DNA from: Terriglobia bacterium
GTDB taxonomy: Bacteria; Acidobacteriota; Terriglobia; Acidiferrales; UBA7541
NCBI GenBank assembly: GCA_963695545.1
Contig: OY968796.1
Coordinates: 3,008,001 to 3,072,000 of the forward strand
Direction: 5' to 3'
DNA: 64,000 nucleotides
Shown: positions 8,590-17,732 of the stretch, piece after piece
How the letters are laid out: each line of letters starts with the position of its first letter
How positions within the stretch are numbered: position 1 is the stretch's first letter
Made by a program: the position numbers and the translations under genes
The notes under the pieces: generated by a model
Database searches by the model: none
Seen by the model: only the letters and a program-made list of their open reading frames with translations
Told to the model about the DNA's origin: nothing

Positions 8590-9120
8590 ATGAAATCAAG
8601 CAAAGGTCACAAGCCCGCCGCCGTCGCCCTGTTGCAGTTGGGGCCGGAAGTTCATGCGGCTCTGGAATCAGCGGCGCTGCGTAGCGGCCAGAACAAGAGC
8701 GAGTTCGTCCGGCACGCAGTTCTAGGTGCGATTCAGGCCCAGGCAGGATACTGGGAACGCCTCTTGATGGATGTGCTTCGCCTTATTCCTGAACTGATAG
8801 AGGCGGCTTCATACGCGGGACTGCTCACGGAGAAGGAGGCCGCGAATATTACCGAGCCGATGGATCAGGCGCGGTCACGGTTGTACGGAGTTCTTGACCG
8901 GATCGATAAGCTCCCAATTCATTGGACTCCCGGAAAGGGCGAGGCGGCGCGTCCGTATGAGGAAGTCATGCGCATTCGTGCGAGCCGCGCCGAAATGCTT
9001 CGCCCCGAAACTGAGCCGTTAGACCGTCTCACGAACAGATTCATCGAACTGCACAACACGCTACACCGTGCAGAACGCGAAAAAGCTAAGAAGAGTCGGC
9101 GCAAATCGCCACGGCCATGA
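8590..9120 (+). CDS. Hypothetical protein with N-terminal ribbon-helix-helix-like (CopG) segment
   Basis: LLQLGPEVHAALESAALRSGQNKSEFVRHAV matches the RHH pattern; upstream of xis-int. Confidence 0.55.
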   Translation: MKSSKGHKPAAVALLQLGPEVHAALESAALRSGQNKSEFVRHAVLGAIQAQAGYWERLLMDVLRLIPELIEAASYAGLLTEKEAANITEPMDQARSRLYGVLDRIDKLPIHWTPGKGEAARPYEEVMRIRASRAEMLRPETEPLDRLTNRFIELHNTLHRAEREKAKKSRRKSPRP

Positions 9121-9168
9121 GCAGGGAAGCCGCGTCGCGAGCGCGTAGCGCGCTTATTCGGGTGTGCA

Positions 9169-9402
9169 ATGAATAAGCAACCAGATCACGTTCGCAATTC
9201 TGAATTCGAACCTCTGTTGGACAGCAAACAAGCTGCCAAGTTGCTGGGCGATATTCATGTCAAGACCCTACAGCGATATGTGCGAAAAGGAGAGCTTCCC
9301 GGTTATCGTGTCGGCGGTCACTGGTATTTTCGCGCGTCCGACCTAGACGTGTGGCTGCGTTCTCGTATAAATTCGGGCTGCCATCCGTGCCGCAGAACAT
9401 AG
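9169..9402 (+). CDS. Excisionase-like HTH protein
   Basis: LLDSKQAAKLLG.IHVKTLQRYVRKGELPGYRVGGHWYFRASDL; directly upstream of the integrase. Confidence 0.85.
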   Translation: MNKQPDHVRNSEFEPLLDSKQAAKLLGDIHVKTLQRYVRKGELPGYRVGGHWYFRASDLDVWLRSRINSGCHPCRRT

Positions 9403-9414
9403 GAGGCAAAGTGA

Positions 9415-10554
9415 ATGTTCAAGCGGACACGGTATCAGTTCGGTTGGTTACGTAAGAAACGCCGCAAGCGAGGCCCCGACGTTTGGGTATGGACCTATCG
9501 GTCCAAGACACCGAGCGGACGGCGAAAGGAAAATTCGGTGATTGTGGGAACGGTATTGCAGTATCCCTTAAGAGCCGAAGCCTGGAAGGCGACTGAAGGT
9601 TTACGCCTTTCGATCACTCAGCCAAATCAAGACGAAGAGGTGACGTTCGGAGCGGTTATCGAGCGTTACATCCGAGAGGCAATTCCCGCACGGCTTTCGA
9701 CCCAGAGCAAGTACAAATCCTGGATCAAGAATTACATCAAGCCGCGTTGGAAGGATGTTCCTCTCTCGAAGATGAAGCCTCTCCCCGTCGAGAAGTGGAT
9801 TGAGAGCCTCAGTCTTGCCCCGAAGAGCAAAGGGCATATTCGCAGCATGATTCACCTTTTGTTCAACTGGGCGATGCGGTGGGAGCTGATTCCATTTCAA
9901 ATTAACCCCATGAATCTCGTTCACATTAAAGGTTCGTCCAAGCGCGAGCGCGAACCTCGAACGCTTACCATAGAGGAGTTTCTCCTATTCATCGAGCATG
10001 TGCCCGAGTCGTGTCGGACCATGTGCATCGTGACGGCGTGCCTCGGGCTTCGAGTGAGCGAAACGCTTGGTCTCAAATGGGGCGATTTTGATTGGAATGA
10101 CCTGCGGGTAAAAATCCAGCGTTCATGGGTCGCTGGAGTCGAAGACGATGTGAAAACGCAGTATTCAAGGAAATGGATGCCCGTTGATTCAATCCTTGTG
10201 AAGCTGTTGCAAGAGCACAAGGCAAGGACAACTCCGAACGCAAAGGACACGGATTGGCTCTTTTCCAATCCGGACACCGGAAAACCGTACTGGCCCGGAC
10301 GCCTACAGGAACATTATCTTGTTCCTGCGGGAGTAGCGGCCGGGATCGGGCGCATCGGATGGCATACATTTCGTCACACGTACTCGACTCTTTTGCGAGC
10401 GTTCGGTGTTGACATCAAGGTGCAGCAAGAACTGCTGCGCCACGCCGACATTCGGACAACCATGAATATCTACACGCAGGCAGTCCCACAAGCATTGCGG
10501 GAAGCGCACGGGAAAGTCGTAGAAATGTTGGTGCCGATGCGGAAGGCGGGATGA
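9415..10554 (+). CDS. int: Tyrosine recombinase / phage-type integrase
   Basis: GLRVSE, HTFRH, LLRH and MNIY give the R-HxxR-H-Y catalytic set; RBS AGGAGG. Confidence 0.95.
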   Translation: MFKRTRYQFGWLRKKRRKRGPDVWVWTYRSKTPSGRRKENSVIVGTVLQYPLRAEAWKATEGLRLSITQPNQDEEVTFGAVIERYIREAIPARLSTQSKYKSWIKNYIKPRWKDVPLSKMKPLPVEKWIESLSLAPKSKGHIRSMIHLLFNWAMRWELIPFQINPMNLVHIKGSSKREREPRTLTIEEFLLFIEHVPESCRTMCIVTACLGLRVSETLGLKWGDFDWNDLRVKIQRSWVAGVEDDVKTQYSRKWMPVDSILVKLLQEHKARTTPNAKDTDWLFSNPDTGKPYWPGRLQEHYLVPAGVAAGIGRIGWHTFRHTYSTLLRAFGVDIKVQQELLRHADIRTTMNIYTQAVPQALREAHGKVVEMLVPMRKAG

Positions 10555-10663
10555 AAAACGAGGCAGCATTAGGGCCGCATTAAGCGTTCCCCTGAGTGCT
10601 AAGTCGTTTCTTTCTGTTCCGTAGAGTGTTTCGTAAGTCCTTGAAAGAATGGTAGATGCGAGA

Positions 10664-10686
10664 TTCGATCCCCACCGCCCCTACCA
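10664..10686 (+). repeat. Distal att site: duplicated 3' end of tRNA-Lys
   Basis: Exact match to 4036-4058. Confidence 0.92.
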
Positions 10687-10749
10687 ACTCACCGGAGACA
10701 GCCCACCCTTCCTGCGCGAAGGACGGGCCACGCGCCCGTGAACTCGGCA

Positions 10750-11469
10750 TCACAGTCGCCGGCCTACCATTCGTTCCACGACAGTTTCGATAGCGTGGTG
10801 AAGACGGTCTTCCACCGTGCGGCCGGAGCAAAGGACGACGAATCCGCTCCACGATGCGCCATACACGACCACAGTGGTCCTGGGCAGAACTTCACCGGCA
10901 ACTCGCGACAAGAAGTACATGAAACCGAGAATCGGCAGGGACAAGAGGCAGGTGAGCAGAATTCCTAGAGGAATGGCCCCCATGAGCACGAAAAAGTACC
11001 CGCCCAGAGTCAACAGTCTGCGACCAAGGACGCCCAGAATGACGAATTCGAGCAGGAAGCCTGCAAACAACTGCAAGGCATCGACGAGAGTTTGCGTCGG
11101 CGGCTCGCTAAACAGCGAGCGGATCAATAAAAATAGCGCGTGCACGAGCAAGTAGGCCTGGCCCTGGATTGATGTAGGCGCCCTAACCCGCTCGAAGCAG
11201 TGTTGAGATTCGGCGAGGGGCAGGCTCATGCAGGCTGCCGTCCCCTGTGCGACATCAATTTCGTGCGAATACCGCTTGCCCATTTCCCAGGGGCTAAGGT
11301 TCTTCAGCGCGGAGGAGGTGTCGCTCGAAACTCCGTCGACGAATTCGGACGCCTTCGCTTTGACGAGCACCCACAGAAGGAATACGAGAAAAACGGAAGC
11401 GAGCGCGGAGATCGCCAGAGAAGTGATCCATCGGCGGTGAGGTGAGCCTGGCTTTGATTCGTCGGTCAT
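10750..11469 (-). CDS. Hypothetical multi-pass membrane protein
   Basis: 239-aa ORF with several hydrophobic segments. Confidence 0.6.
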   Translation of the reverse strand: MTDESKPGSPHRRWITSLAISALASVFLVFLLWVLVKAKASEFVDGVSSDTSSALKNLSPWEMGKRYSHEIDVAQGTAACMSLPLAESQHCFERVRAPTSIQGQAYLLVHALFLLIRSLFSEPPTQTLVDALQLFAGFLLEFVILGVLGRRLLTLGGYFFVLMGAIPLGILLTCLLSLPILGFMYFLSRVAGEVLPRTTVVVYGASWSGFVVLCSGRTVEDRLHHAIETVVERMVGRRL

Positions 11470-11764
11470 AGTCTAGGCCGCTCTGTCTAATCGGTGTAGA
11501 AATCTCTGATTTGGAACTCTGAGCGACGCATTGTAGGCCGGGCTCGCCCAGGCCACAACGAAATTTAGCACCCGATGAAGGCCGCGCGGCGTGCGCGAAG
11601 GAGGGACCGCGTGGCACGGTACGTCCGCAAATGAGCGCCTCGCCGTCGGACCATTCGTAATCGGATGCAATCATCGAAAAGGATCATGTGTGGTGATACC
11701 ATCCTCGCGCCCGTAGGGGAATTTCGGTTCACCGGGCACAACTAAACGCGGGAGGAGAACGCTA

Positions 11765-12049
11765 ATGATCGTTGTTCGCAACAGCTTCATCGCCAAGCCG
11801 GGCCTGGCCAGCAAACTTGCGGCGCAACTGAAAGAGGCCGCAGCGGCTTCCAATCTCGGGAAGCCCCGCATCTTGACCGACCTTACAGGCGATTTCAATC
11901 GCGTGATCCTGGAACACGAGGCCGAAAGCTTGAGCGGCTTTGAGGCGGGCATGAAAGACTACGCTGGTAATGCGGCTTTCAGGGACAAGATGAAGGGATA
12001 CACCGATTTGTGGGTTACCGGCAGCCGCGAGATTCTTCAGATTGTTTGA
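11765..12049 (+). CDS. Small hypothetical protein (NIPSNAP / dimeric alpha-beta barrel-like)
   Basis: RBS GGAGGAG; MIVVRNSFIAKPG...RILTDLTGDFNRVILEHE...SREIL. Confidence 0.65.
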   Translation: MIVVRNSFIAKPGLASKLAAQLKEAAAASNLGKPRILTDLTGDFNRVILEHEAESLSGFEAGMKDYAGNAAFRDKMKGYTDLWVTGSREILQIV

Positions 12050-12148
12050 GGCGGAACTTCGGGCGGTGATTTCGCAGATTCCAACGTGCGGTCGCTGCAC
12101 GGTGCCCGTTTTCGTGAGGGCCCCGCGCGCTGCCGGGATCAGGCGAAG

Positions 12149-12361
12149 ATGGGCTATAACACGCAGCGGGAACCGTACGAGATCACGAACGAACATTTGA
12201 AAACGTTTGGTGTACGCGTGGTGTCGCGTTCTCTTGATCCGTTGATGCTTGAATGCGCAAAGTGCGAAGAACGATTCATGGTACTCCGCGAAACAGGCGG
12301 GACTTTGCCCGAACGATGGTGGATCTGTCCCAATCGATGTAACCAGCAGGATGCCTCTTGA
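12149..12361 (+). CDS. Small putative zinc-ribbon protein
   Basis: CAKC...WWICPNRC cysteine pairs in 70 aa. Confidence 0.45.
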   Translation: MGYNTQREPYEITNEHLKTFGVRVVSRSLDPLMLECAKCEERFMVLRETGGTLPERWWICPNRCNQQDAS

Positions 12362-12437
12362 GGGGATGGATTGGCTGCGGCAGGAAGTAGGCCCGTGCTC
12401 CGGTGCGCGAAGGATGGGCCATCCGCGCCGGCAAACC

Positions 12438-12544
12438 TGTGTCGCCCCTACGGGGCTCACAGAAAACATTTGAGAAAAGGTTTTTTTGCTCTGCGTACCC
12501 AGGGCCTCCGCCCTGGGCTAAAATGTGCCGCCCCTACGGGGCTT
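12438..12544. repeat. REP-like palindrome cluster
   Basis: GCCCCTACGGGGC twice (12444, 12530) flanking CCCAGGGC-N4-GCCCTGGG. Confidence 0.65.
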
Positions 12545-12562
12545 GAAGCAAACATTAGGGGC

Positions 12563-12629
12563 AGTGGCGAGTGACGAGTGACGAGTGGCGAGTGGCGAGT
12601 GGCGAGAAAGGACGGGGCGTTAGCGGCGA
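12563..12629 (+). repeat. Heptamer tandem repeat (AGTGRCG x6) plus a 19-mer; second copy at 15177-15222
   Basis: Read directly from the sequence. Confidence 0.8.
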
Positions 12630-12745
12630 TTGCGGTCGGAAGGAGCGAAGATGCTGCCAGGCTGAAGGCTGGGGCGCTACAAAATGCGCGGAGGTAGGGC
12701 GGCGCGGGCTCAGTGACGGGAAAATTGCCACGTGGTAGCGCGTTG

Positions 12746-14470
12746 CTAAGAAACGCTTGGTGCGACGGGCAGCGGATTCGGTGCGGAAGTTGGCGCGAGA
12801 TGCTTTGCCAAATCGGCCTGGGCCTGGGGCGGAGCGATCATCAGGAGCCGGTCGCCGGGCTGCAAGACGGTTTCGGGGCGAGCGAGCAAGACCGACTTGC
12901 CGCGCAAGACGGCCACCATTTTCGTATCGACGAGGTCACCTGTAAGGTCTCGGGATTGGATTTGTTTTCCGACCCAAGGACTTTCGGGTCGAAGCACGCC
13001 AACCGTTAACTGCGAAGCGTCCGGAAGGTCCACTGCGAGGCCCGACTGCAACAGCGCGGCCAGATGAAGATGGTTAACTTCCGGCGGTAACGAAATCTGG
13101 CCCTGGTCCAAGAGTCGTAAGGCGATTCGGACGTTCTCGGCACGATGCGCCGGAGAATCTGCCTGCCCGGCGACCTGGGCTTCGTACAGGCTGCCGTATT
13201 TGAGATACGCCGACAGTTTGACTTCGATGAGGTAGCTGAGCATAACGGCGAGTCCGGCGGGAACGAGGAGTTGGTAGCCGCCGGTCATCTCCGCAACCAT
13301 CAGCAACGTTGCGATTGGGACGCGCGCGGCAGCCCCGAAGACCGCCGCCATCCCGACAATCACCAGGGCGGCTGGCGGCTGGTGGAAGATTCCTGCGAAC
13401 GCTCCGCCCAACATTGCGCCGATAAAAAGGCTCGGAGCAAACACGCCACCCGAGCCTCCGGAGGAAACCGTAAACGACAACGCGAATATCTTCGCGACGA
13501 GAAGCACGAGGAACACGCGTACGATCAATCGTCCATCGATGGCTTCCTGAATCCAGCCGTAGCCGCCGCCCAGCACTTGCGGCAATCGCAGAGCCATCAC
13601 ACCTAAGAGCAGTCCGCCGATGCCGGGCTTGATCCATGCGGGAACGCGCAAGGCGACAAACGCGTCTCTTGCGCGATAAAACACTTCAGGCAGGATCGTG
13701 GCGACGATGCCGGCCGCCGCGCCGAGGCCGATGTACCAGCCGTAGTTTGCAAGTCCCGGGACATACAAGGGTGACGGAACGCGGAACAATGGCTGCCATC
13801 CGACGAACCAGCCGTTGACCGCGTAGGCCACGATCGCGGCGAGCATGCAGTAGACAAGAGCGCCGGCCTCGAAATCCATACCGCCGTAAAGAACTTCGAC
13901 GGCGAACATCGCGGTGCCGATCGGTGAACGGAAGATAGCGGAGAGCCCCGCGGCCATGCCCATCAAAACCAACAATCGTCTCTCGTGCTCGGGGCGATGG
14001 AAGAAGTTCGCGTAGATCGAACCAAAGCCCGCTGCGATAAGAGCGATGGGGCCTTCGCGGCCGGCCGATCCGCCGGAGCCAATGGTGATGGCCGAGGCCA
14101 GCATCTTCACCGGGGCCACGCGCGCTCGAAGCACGCCCCCGGTGAAATGGACGGCTTTTACAACGGTGTCGGTGCCGTGGCCTTCCGTTTCGGGCGCCAG
14201 GCCGTAGACGAGGGCGCCGGAAATCAGTCCGCCTAACGTTGTAACAACCGGGATGAGCCACAAACCGTGAACGCCAATAAATTGTTGCGGCGCGCCACCC
14301 TCTGCGGGAAGTCCTGGGGGCTGGTAACCGGCGAGTCGCGTCAGGAAAATATTCTGAGAGAGGCGCAACATCCACATGAAAAGTTGCGCGCCTAAGCCGC
14401 CCACGATGCCGAGGATAACCGAGTCCAGAAGCAGGCGCGGCCTGTCCACGGTCTGCTCGGCGGTCTGCAT
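12746..14470 (-). CDS. ClC chloride channel / H+:Cl- antiporter with C-terminal TrkA-C (RCK_C) domain
   Basis: GSGGSAGREGP and GGSGGVFAPSLFIG signatures; C-terminal PETVLQPGDRLL. Confidence 0.92.
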   Translation of the reverse strand: MQTAEQTVDRPRLLLDSVILGIVGGLGAQLFMWMLRLSQNIFLTRLAGYQPPGLPAEGGAPQQFIGVHGLWLIPVVTTLGGLISGALVYGLAPETEGHGTDTVVKAVHFTGGVLRARVAPVKMLASAITIGSGGSAGREGPIALIAAGFGSIYANFFHRPEHERRLLVLMGMAAGLSAIFRSPIGTAMFAVEVLYGGMDFEAGALVYCMLAAIVAYAVNGWFVGWQPLFRVPSPLYVPGLANYGWYIGLGAAAGIVATILPEVFYRARDAFVALRVPAWIKPGIGGLLLGVMALRLPQVLGGGYGWIQEAIDGRLIVRVFLVLLVAKIFALSFTVSSGGSGGVFAPSLFIGAMLGGAFAGIFHQPPAALVIVGMAAVFGAAARVPIATLLMVAEMTGGYQLLVPAGLAVMLSYLIEVKLSAYLKYGSLYEAQVAGQADSPAHRAENVRIALRLLDQGQISLPPEVNHLHLAALLQSGLAVDLPDASQLTVGVLRPESPWVGKQIQSRDLTGDLVDTKMVAVLRGKSVLLARPETVLQPGDRLLMIAPPQAQADLAKHLAPTSAPNPLPVAPSVS

Positions 14471-14743
14471 TCTAACTTTGTACCATCATTCTGGCGGGGT
14501 GAATGCAGAATACCTTGCGAAAGCTGCTGCGGCGAGCGCACGCGATCATCGACTCGGAGCGATCACGCTGCGATGACGATTCAGGGCGTAAAATGAATTG
14601 GGCTGTTCGAAAATGGCGGCTGTCGGCCGGAGGGGTTCCAAAATCCGGTCGCGGCAAAAGGTGAGGGCAGAGATGGTCCGGCTAGGAAGAAGAGTGCGGT
14701 GCGCCTGCGAGGGACAAGGGATTTATAAGATGCCGGGGAGTTC

Positions 14744-15172
14744 TTGATGAAAAAAGACAGATACGCAGTTTTTGAGGCGCTCGATCCATTCTTCGAGATC
14801 GTGATGAGAGGTCTCGGCGGGCTGGTGGATGGGGAACATTATTTCGATACGTTCGCCGAGGACGCGATCTTTGAATCGCGCTATCAGTTTCCGGGCTGGC
14901 CGGCGACGATTCGAGGGCGAGCCGACTTGATGGCGAGCCTCTCGGGATACGGGAAGACGATCAAGCTGCGCTCGGGCGACGGACTTGTGGTGCATCGAAC
15001 CGAGAATGGTCGCGTGGTGATCCTCGAATACGAAGTACACGGGAAGATTCTTTCGAGTGGCGCGCGCTACGACAACAGGTTCATATCGGTGGTCACGATT
15101 GAGAAGAGAAAGATCGTGCATTGGAGAGATTACATGGATTCTCTGGCAGCGTGGACGGCGTTGAATGGTTAA
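14744..15172 (+). CDS. SnoaL/NTF2-like family protein
   Basis: FAEDAIFE...YDNRFISVVTIEKRKIVHWRDYMD. Confidence 0.82.
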   Translation: MMKKDRYAVFEALDPFFEIVMRGLGGLVDGEHYFDTFAEDAIFESRYQFPGWPATIRGRADLMASLSGYGKTIKLRSGDGLVVHRTENGRVVILEYEVHGKILSSGARYDNRFISVVTIEKRKIVHWRDYMDSLAAWTALNG

Positions 15173-15176
15173 GAGA

Positions 15177-15222
15177 AGTGGCGAGTGGCGAGTGACGAGT
15201 GATGACGGGGCGTTAGCGGCGA
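15177..15222 (+). repeat. Second heptamer repeat (x4) plus the same 19-mer
   Basis: AGTGGCG AGTGGCG AGTGACG AGTGATG followed by GACGGGGCGTTAGCGGCGA, as at 12611. Confidence 0.75.
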
Positions 15223-15271
15223 AAAAGAGCGAAGGCGCACGGGCAGGAGTGTCTGTGGTGCTAAAGGCCGC

Positions 15272-15685
15272 TCACTTGCGCTTCGCGGACTTCTTTGAGG
15301 ACGAAGTGTTGAGGGCGACGGCGGCGCGGATCAGCGCTTTGAACGCGTTCGCGTCAATCTGCTCGCCCTCGTGAATGTCGATGGCGCGCCTTACGTTGCC
15401 CTCGAGGCTCGAGTTGAAGAGCTTGGCGGGATCCTTCAAGGAAGCGCCCTTAAAGAAAGTCAGCTTCACGACGGACTTGTAGGACTCTCCGGTGGAGATT
15501 CCGCCGTCATGGTACCAAACCGGTGTTCCCATCCATTTCCAGTCCTCGACAACGTCAGGGTCGGCCTCGATGATGAGGGCGCGCATTCTTGCTAGTGTGG
15601 CGCCGCGCCAGTCGCCCAACTTGGCAATCTTTTCGCTGATTAGTTTGGACGCCCGCCTGCCTGCTAGCTTTGGTTGAGTCTTCAT
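15272..15685 (-). CDS. DUF1801 (YdhG-like) protein
   Basis: DWRGATLARMRALI.EADPDVVEDWKWMGTPVW...KLTFFKGASLKDP. Confidence 0.85.
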   Translation of the reverse strand: MKTQPKLAGRRASKLISEKIAKLGDWRGATLARMRALIIEADPDVVEDWKWMGTPVWYHDGGISTGESYKSVVKLTFFKGASLKDPAKLFNSSLEGNVRRAIDIHEGEQIDANAFKALIRAAVALNTSSSKKSAKRK

Positions 15686-15751
15686 GTTCCTACCTTTCGC
15701 TGGGGATCACGCGGCGAGCCGCCGCGCGGATGACGATGACGTGGTGGTCGC

Positions 15752-16396
15752 TCAGGTCGGAACTCCGGTGCCGGATTGCTCCGCGATCATGTACTCGGCA
15801 TACCAATCGGGCCAGTTGGGATCGGCCGCGCCGATGCGCTTCTCGTGCTGGCCGTGGGCGGCCTCGGCACGGCGAAGCGCGCTCGCGAGATCGCTTGCGG
15901 AGGAGAAGGAAGTGGCGGCAGGGTCGATGCGGCCGGGCGCCCGGGTGGTGACTTCTTGCAGCACCCAACTATTGCCGTCGGGATCGCTGAACGTGGCGCG
16001 CGAGGAATAGCTGTGATGTTCGGGATCGGGACCGCTCACGCGGCCGCCCGGGCCGATATGGATGATCTCGCCGACTTCGACGCCGGCGGCTACCAGCGCG
16101 TCGCGCGCGGCCGCGATATCGGAGACGACCAGGAAGCTTTCGGCCGAACCGGGCGCGGCGGAGGTGAGCGTCGAGCCGAACTGGATGGAGCAGCCGGAGC
16201 CGTGCGGCGTGAACTGAACGACGCGGACGCCGTGACCGAGGTTAAGATCGGCGTCGAGGCGCCAGCCGAGCCGCGCGTAGAACGCTTTCGCGCGATCAAC
16301 ATCCGAGACGGGGATGACGACGACTTCGAGCTTCAAGTCCACTTTGACGATCGCTTTGCTGGTCGCGGCGTTAGTGCCAGCTTCATTGGTGCTCAT
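15752..16396 (-). CDS. VOC/glyoxalase family protein
   Basis: LEVVVIPVSDVDRAKAFY...FSDPDGNSWVLQE. Confidence 0.88.
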   Translation of the reverse strand: MSTNEAGTNAATSKAIVKVDLKLEVVVIPVSDVDRAKAFYARLGWRLDADLNLGHGVRVVQFTPHGSGCSIQFGSTLTSAAPGSAESFLVVSDIAAARDALVAAGVEVGEIIHIGPGGRVSGPDPEHHSYSSRATFSDPDGNSWVLQEVTTRAPGRIDPAATSFSSASDLASALRRAEAAHGQHEKRIGAADPNWPDWYAEYMIAEQSGTGVPT

Positions 16397-16426
16397 GGGC
16401 GTCTCCTCGGCAATCAGTACCATGAA

Positions 16427-17443
16427 TCACTTCGGAATCATACCGATTGTCGCGAGCCACGTCTGGACCAACTGAGGCCACGCGGTGATCGGGGAGTCCG
16501 TGCGGCGCAGTCCGAACGCGTGGCCGCCGTGCGCGTACAAATGCATCTCGACGGGAACGCCGGCCTTCTGCAGCGCGATGTAGTACGACAGCGCATCGTA
16601 AACGCTGTCCACGTGGTCGTCCTCCGCCTGGAGCAAAAATGTGGGCGGCGTCTGGTCGGTAACGTGGAGATCGGGATTCAATGCCAGATTTTCATCGGCA
16701 ATCGGAAGATTAGCCGGACGAGGAATCGCAAACTTTTTAGTGCCTTGCGTGGCATCCCACTCGGCCGCGGAGAGCGACAGATGGCCCGGATAAATCGCCA
16801 CGGCAAAATCGGGGCGGCAACTTTCTTCGTCGGCGGCATCTACGGGCGGATACAAACGCGTGGCAAAGTGCGTGCTCATCGCTGCCGACAAATGGCCGCC
16901 CGCCGAAAATCCCAGCACTCCAATCTTGTGCGGATCGATATGCCACTCCGCCGCGTGGAAGCGCACGAGGCCGAGCGCGCGCTGCGCATCTTCCAAGGCC
17001 ATCGGCGATTCCGGATACGGCCCGGATTTCGGATACGGCCCCACGTCCGTCACGCGGTATTTCAAGAGCACGCAGGTGATGCCCTCGGGCGTCAGCCAGT
17101 CGCAGACATCCGTGCCTTCAAGATCGATTGCCAGACCCTGGTAACCACCACCCGGGAAGACGACTACGGCTGCGCCCGTATTTTTTCCTGTTGGGGCATA
17201 GACCGTCATCGTAGGCTGCGTCACGTTCACCACCCATACTGTCGGGCGGCCCGCAATCAAGTCCTTCGAGGTCGAAGCATTCTCCGGCCCCGCGACCGGC
17301 TGCGCATCGGGAGGTGCGCCGGGCCATATCGGCACTTGCGTGTGCCCCGGCGACGGCTGCCAGGCAGTCGTCTGCGTGCGCAGGCCGCCAAACGCGAGCA
17401 CAACGGAGAGACCAAGGATCAAAGTCTTCATCACGGTTCGCAC
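16427..17443 (-). CDS. Secreted alpha/beta hydrolase (acetyl esterase / xylanase-annotated type)
   Basis: Signal peptide; PGGGY, GFSAGG, GGHAFG. Confidence 0.85.
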   Translation of the reverse strand: MRTVMKTLILGLSVVLAFGGLRTQTTAWQPSPGHTQVPIWPGAPPDAQPVAGPENASTSKDLIAGRPTVWVVNVTQPTMTVYAPTGKNTGAAVVVFPGGGYQGLAIDLEGTDVCDWLTPEGITCVLLKYRVTDVGPYPKSGPYPESPMALEDAQRALGLVRFHAAEWHIDPHKIGVLGFSAGGHLSAAMSTHFATRLYPPVDAADEESCRPDFAVAIYPGHLSLSAAEWDATQGTKKFAIPRPANLPIADENLALNPDLHVTDQTPPTFLLQAEDDHVDSVYDALSYYIALQKAGVPVEMHLYAHGGHAFGLRRTDSPITAWPQLVQTWLATIGMIPK

Positions 17444-17732
17444 AGTTTAGTACAACCAGTCGCTGGTGGAGGCTGCTGATTAGAAACTGTGCCGGAAAAT
17501 TACTCGCCGATCGCGCGTCACGCATCTTCCCCGTATCGGATGATCTGGGTTAGGGTACGGGTCGCCGTGGATCGCCGCGTGGCGTTTTCCTGGAGATGCG
17601 AATTCGATTTCGACTGCGCCCACCAGACCTTTGCAGTGGTTCGATATAGATCCCTCAAGCGGCCGCGCTAGTAATAGAGTACTGTCCCGAATGAAGGTTT
17701 CGTCGCCTGCGAACGAAATGAGGAGGTCTTGA

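Larger units (their letters stand above)
4036..10686. mobile_element. tRNA-Lys-integrated element (genomic island) with tyrosine integrase and excisionase
   Basis: 23-bp direct repeat TTCGATCCCCACCGCCCCTACCA at 4036-4058 (tRNA 3' end) and 10664-10686; integrase ends about 110 bp before the distal copy. Confidence 0.92.

Noticed and set aside
4036..10686. Prophage or ICE
   Set aside because: No structural, terminase, primase, relaxase or T4SS genes between the att sites.
12563..12604. Possible CRISPR array
   Set aside because: 7-bp tandem units with no spacers and no cas genes in the window.
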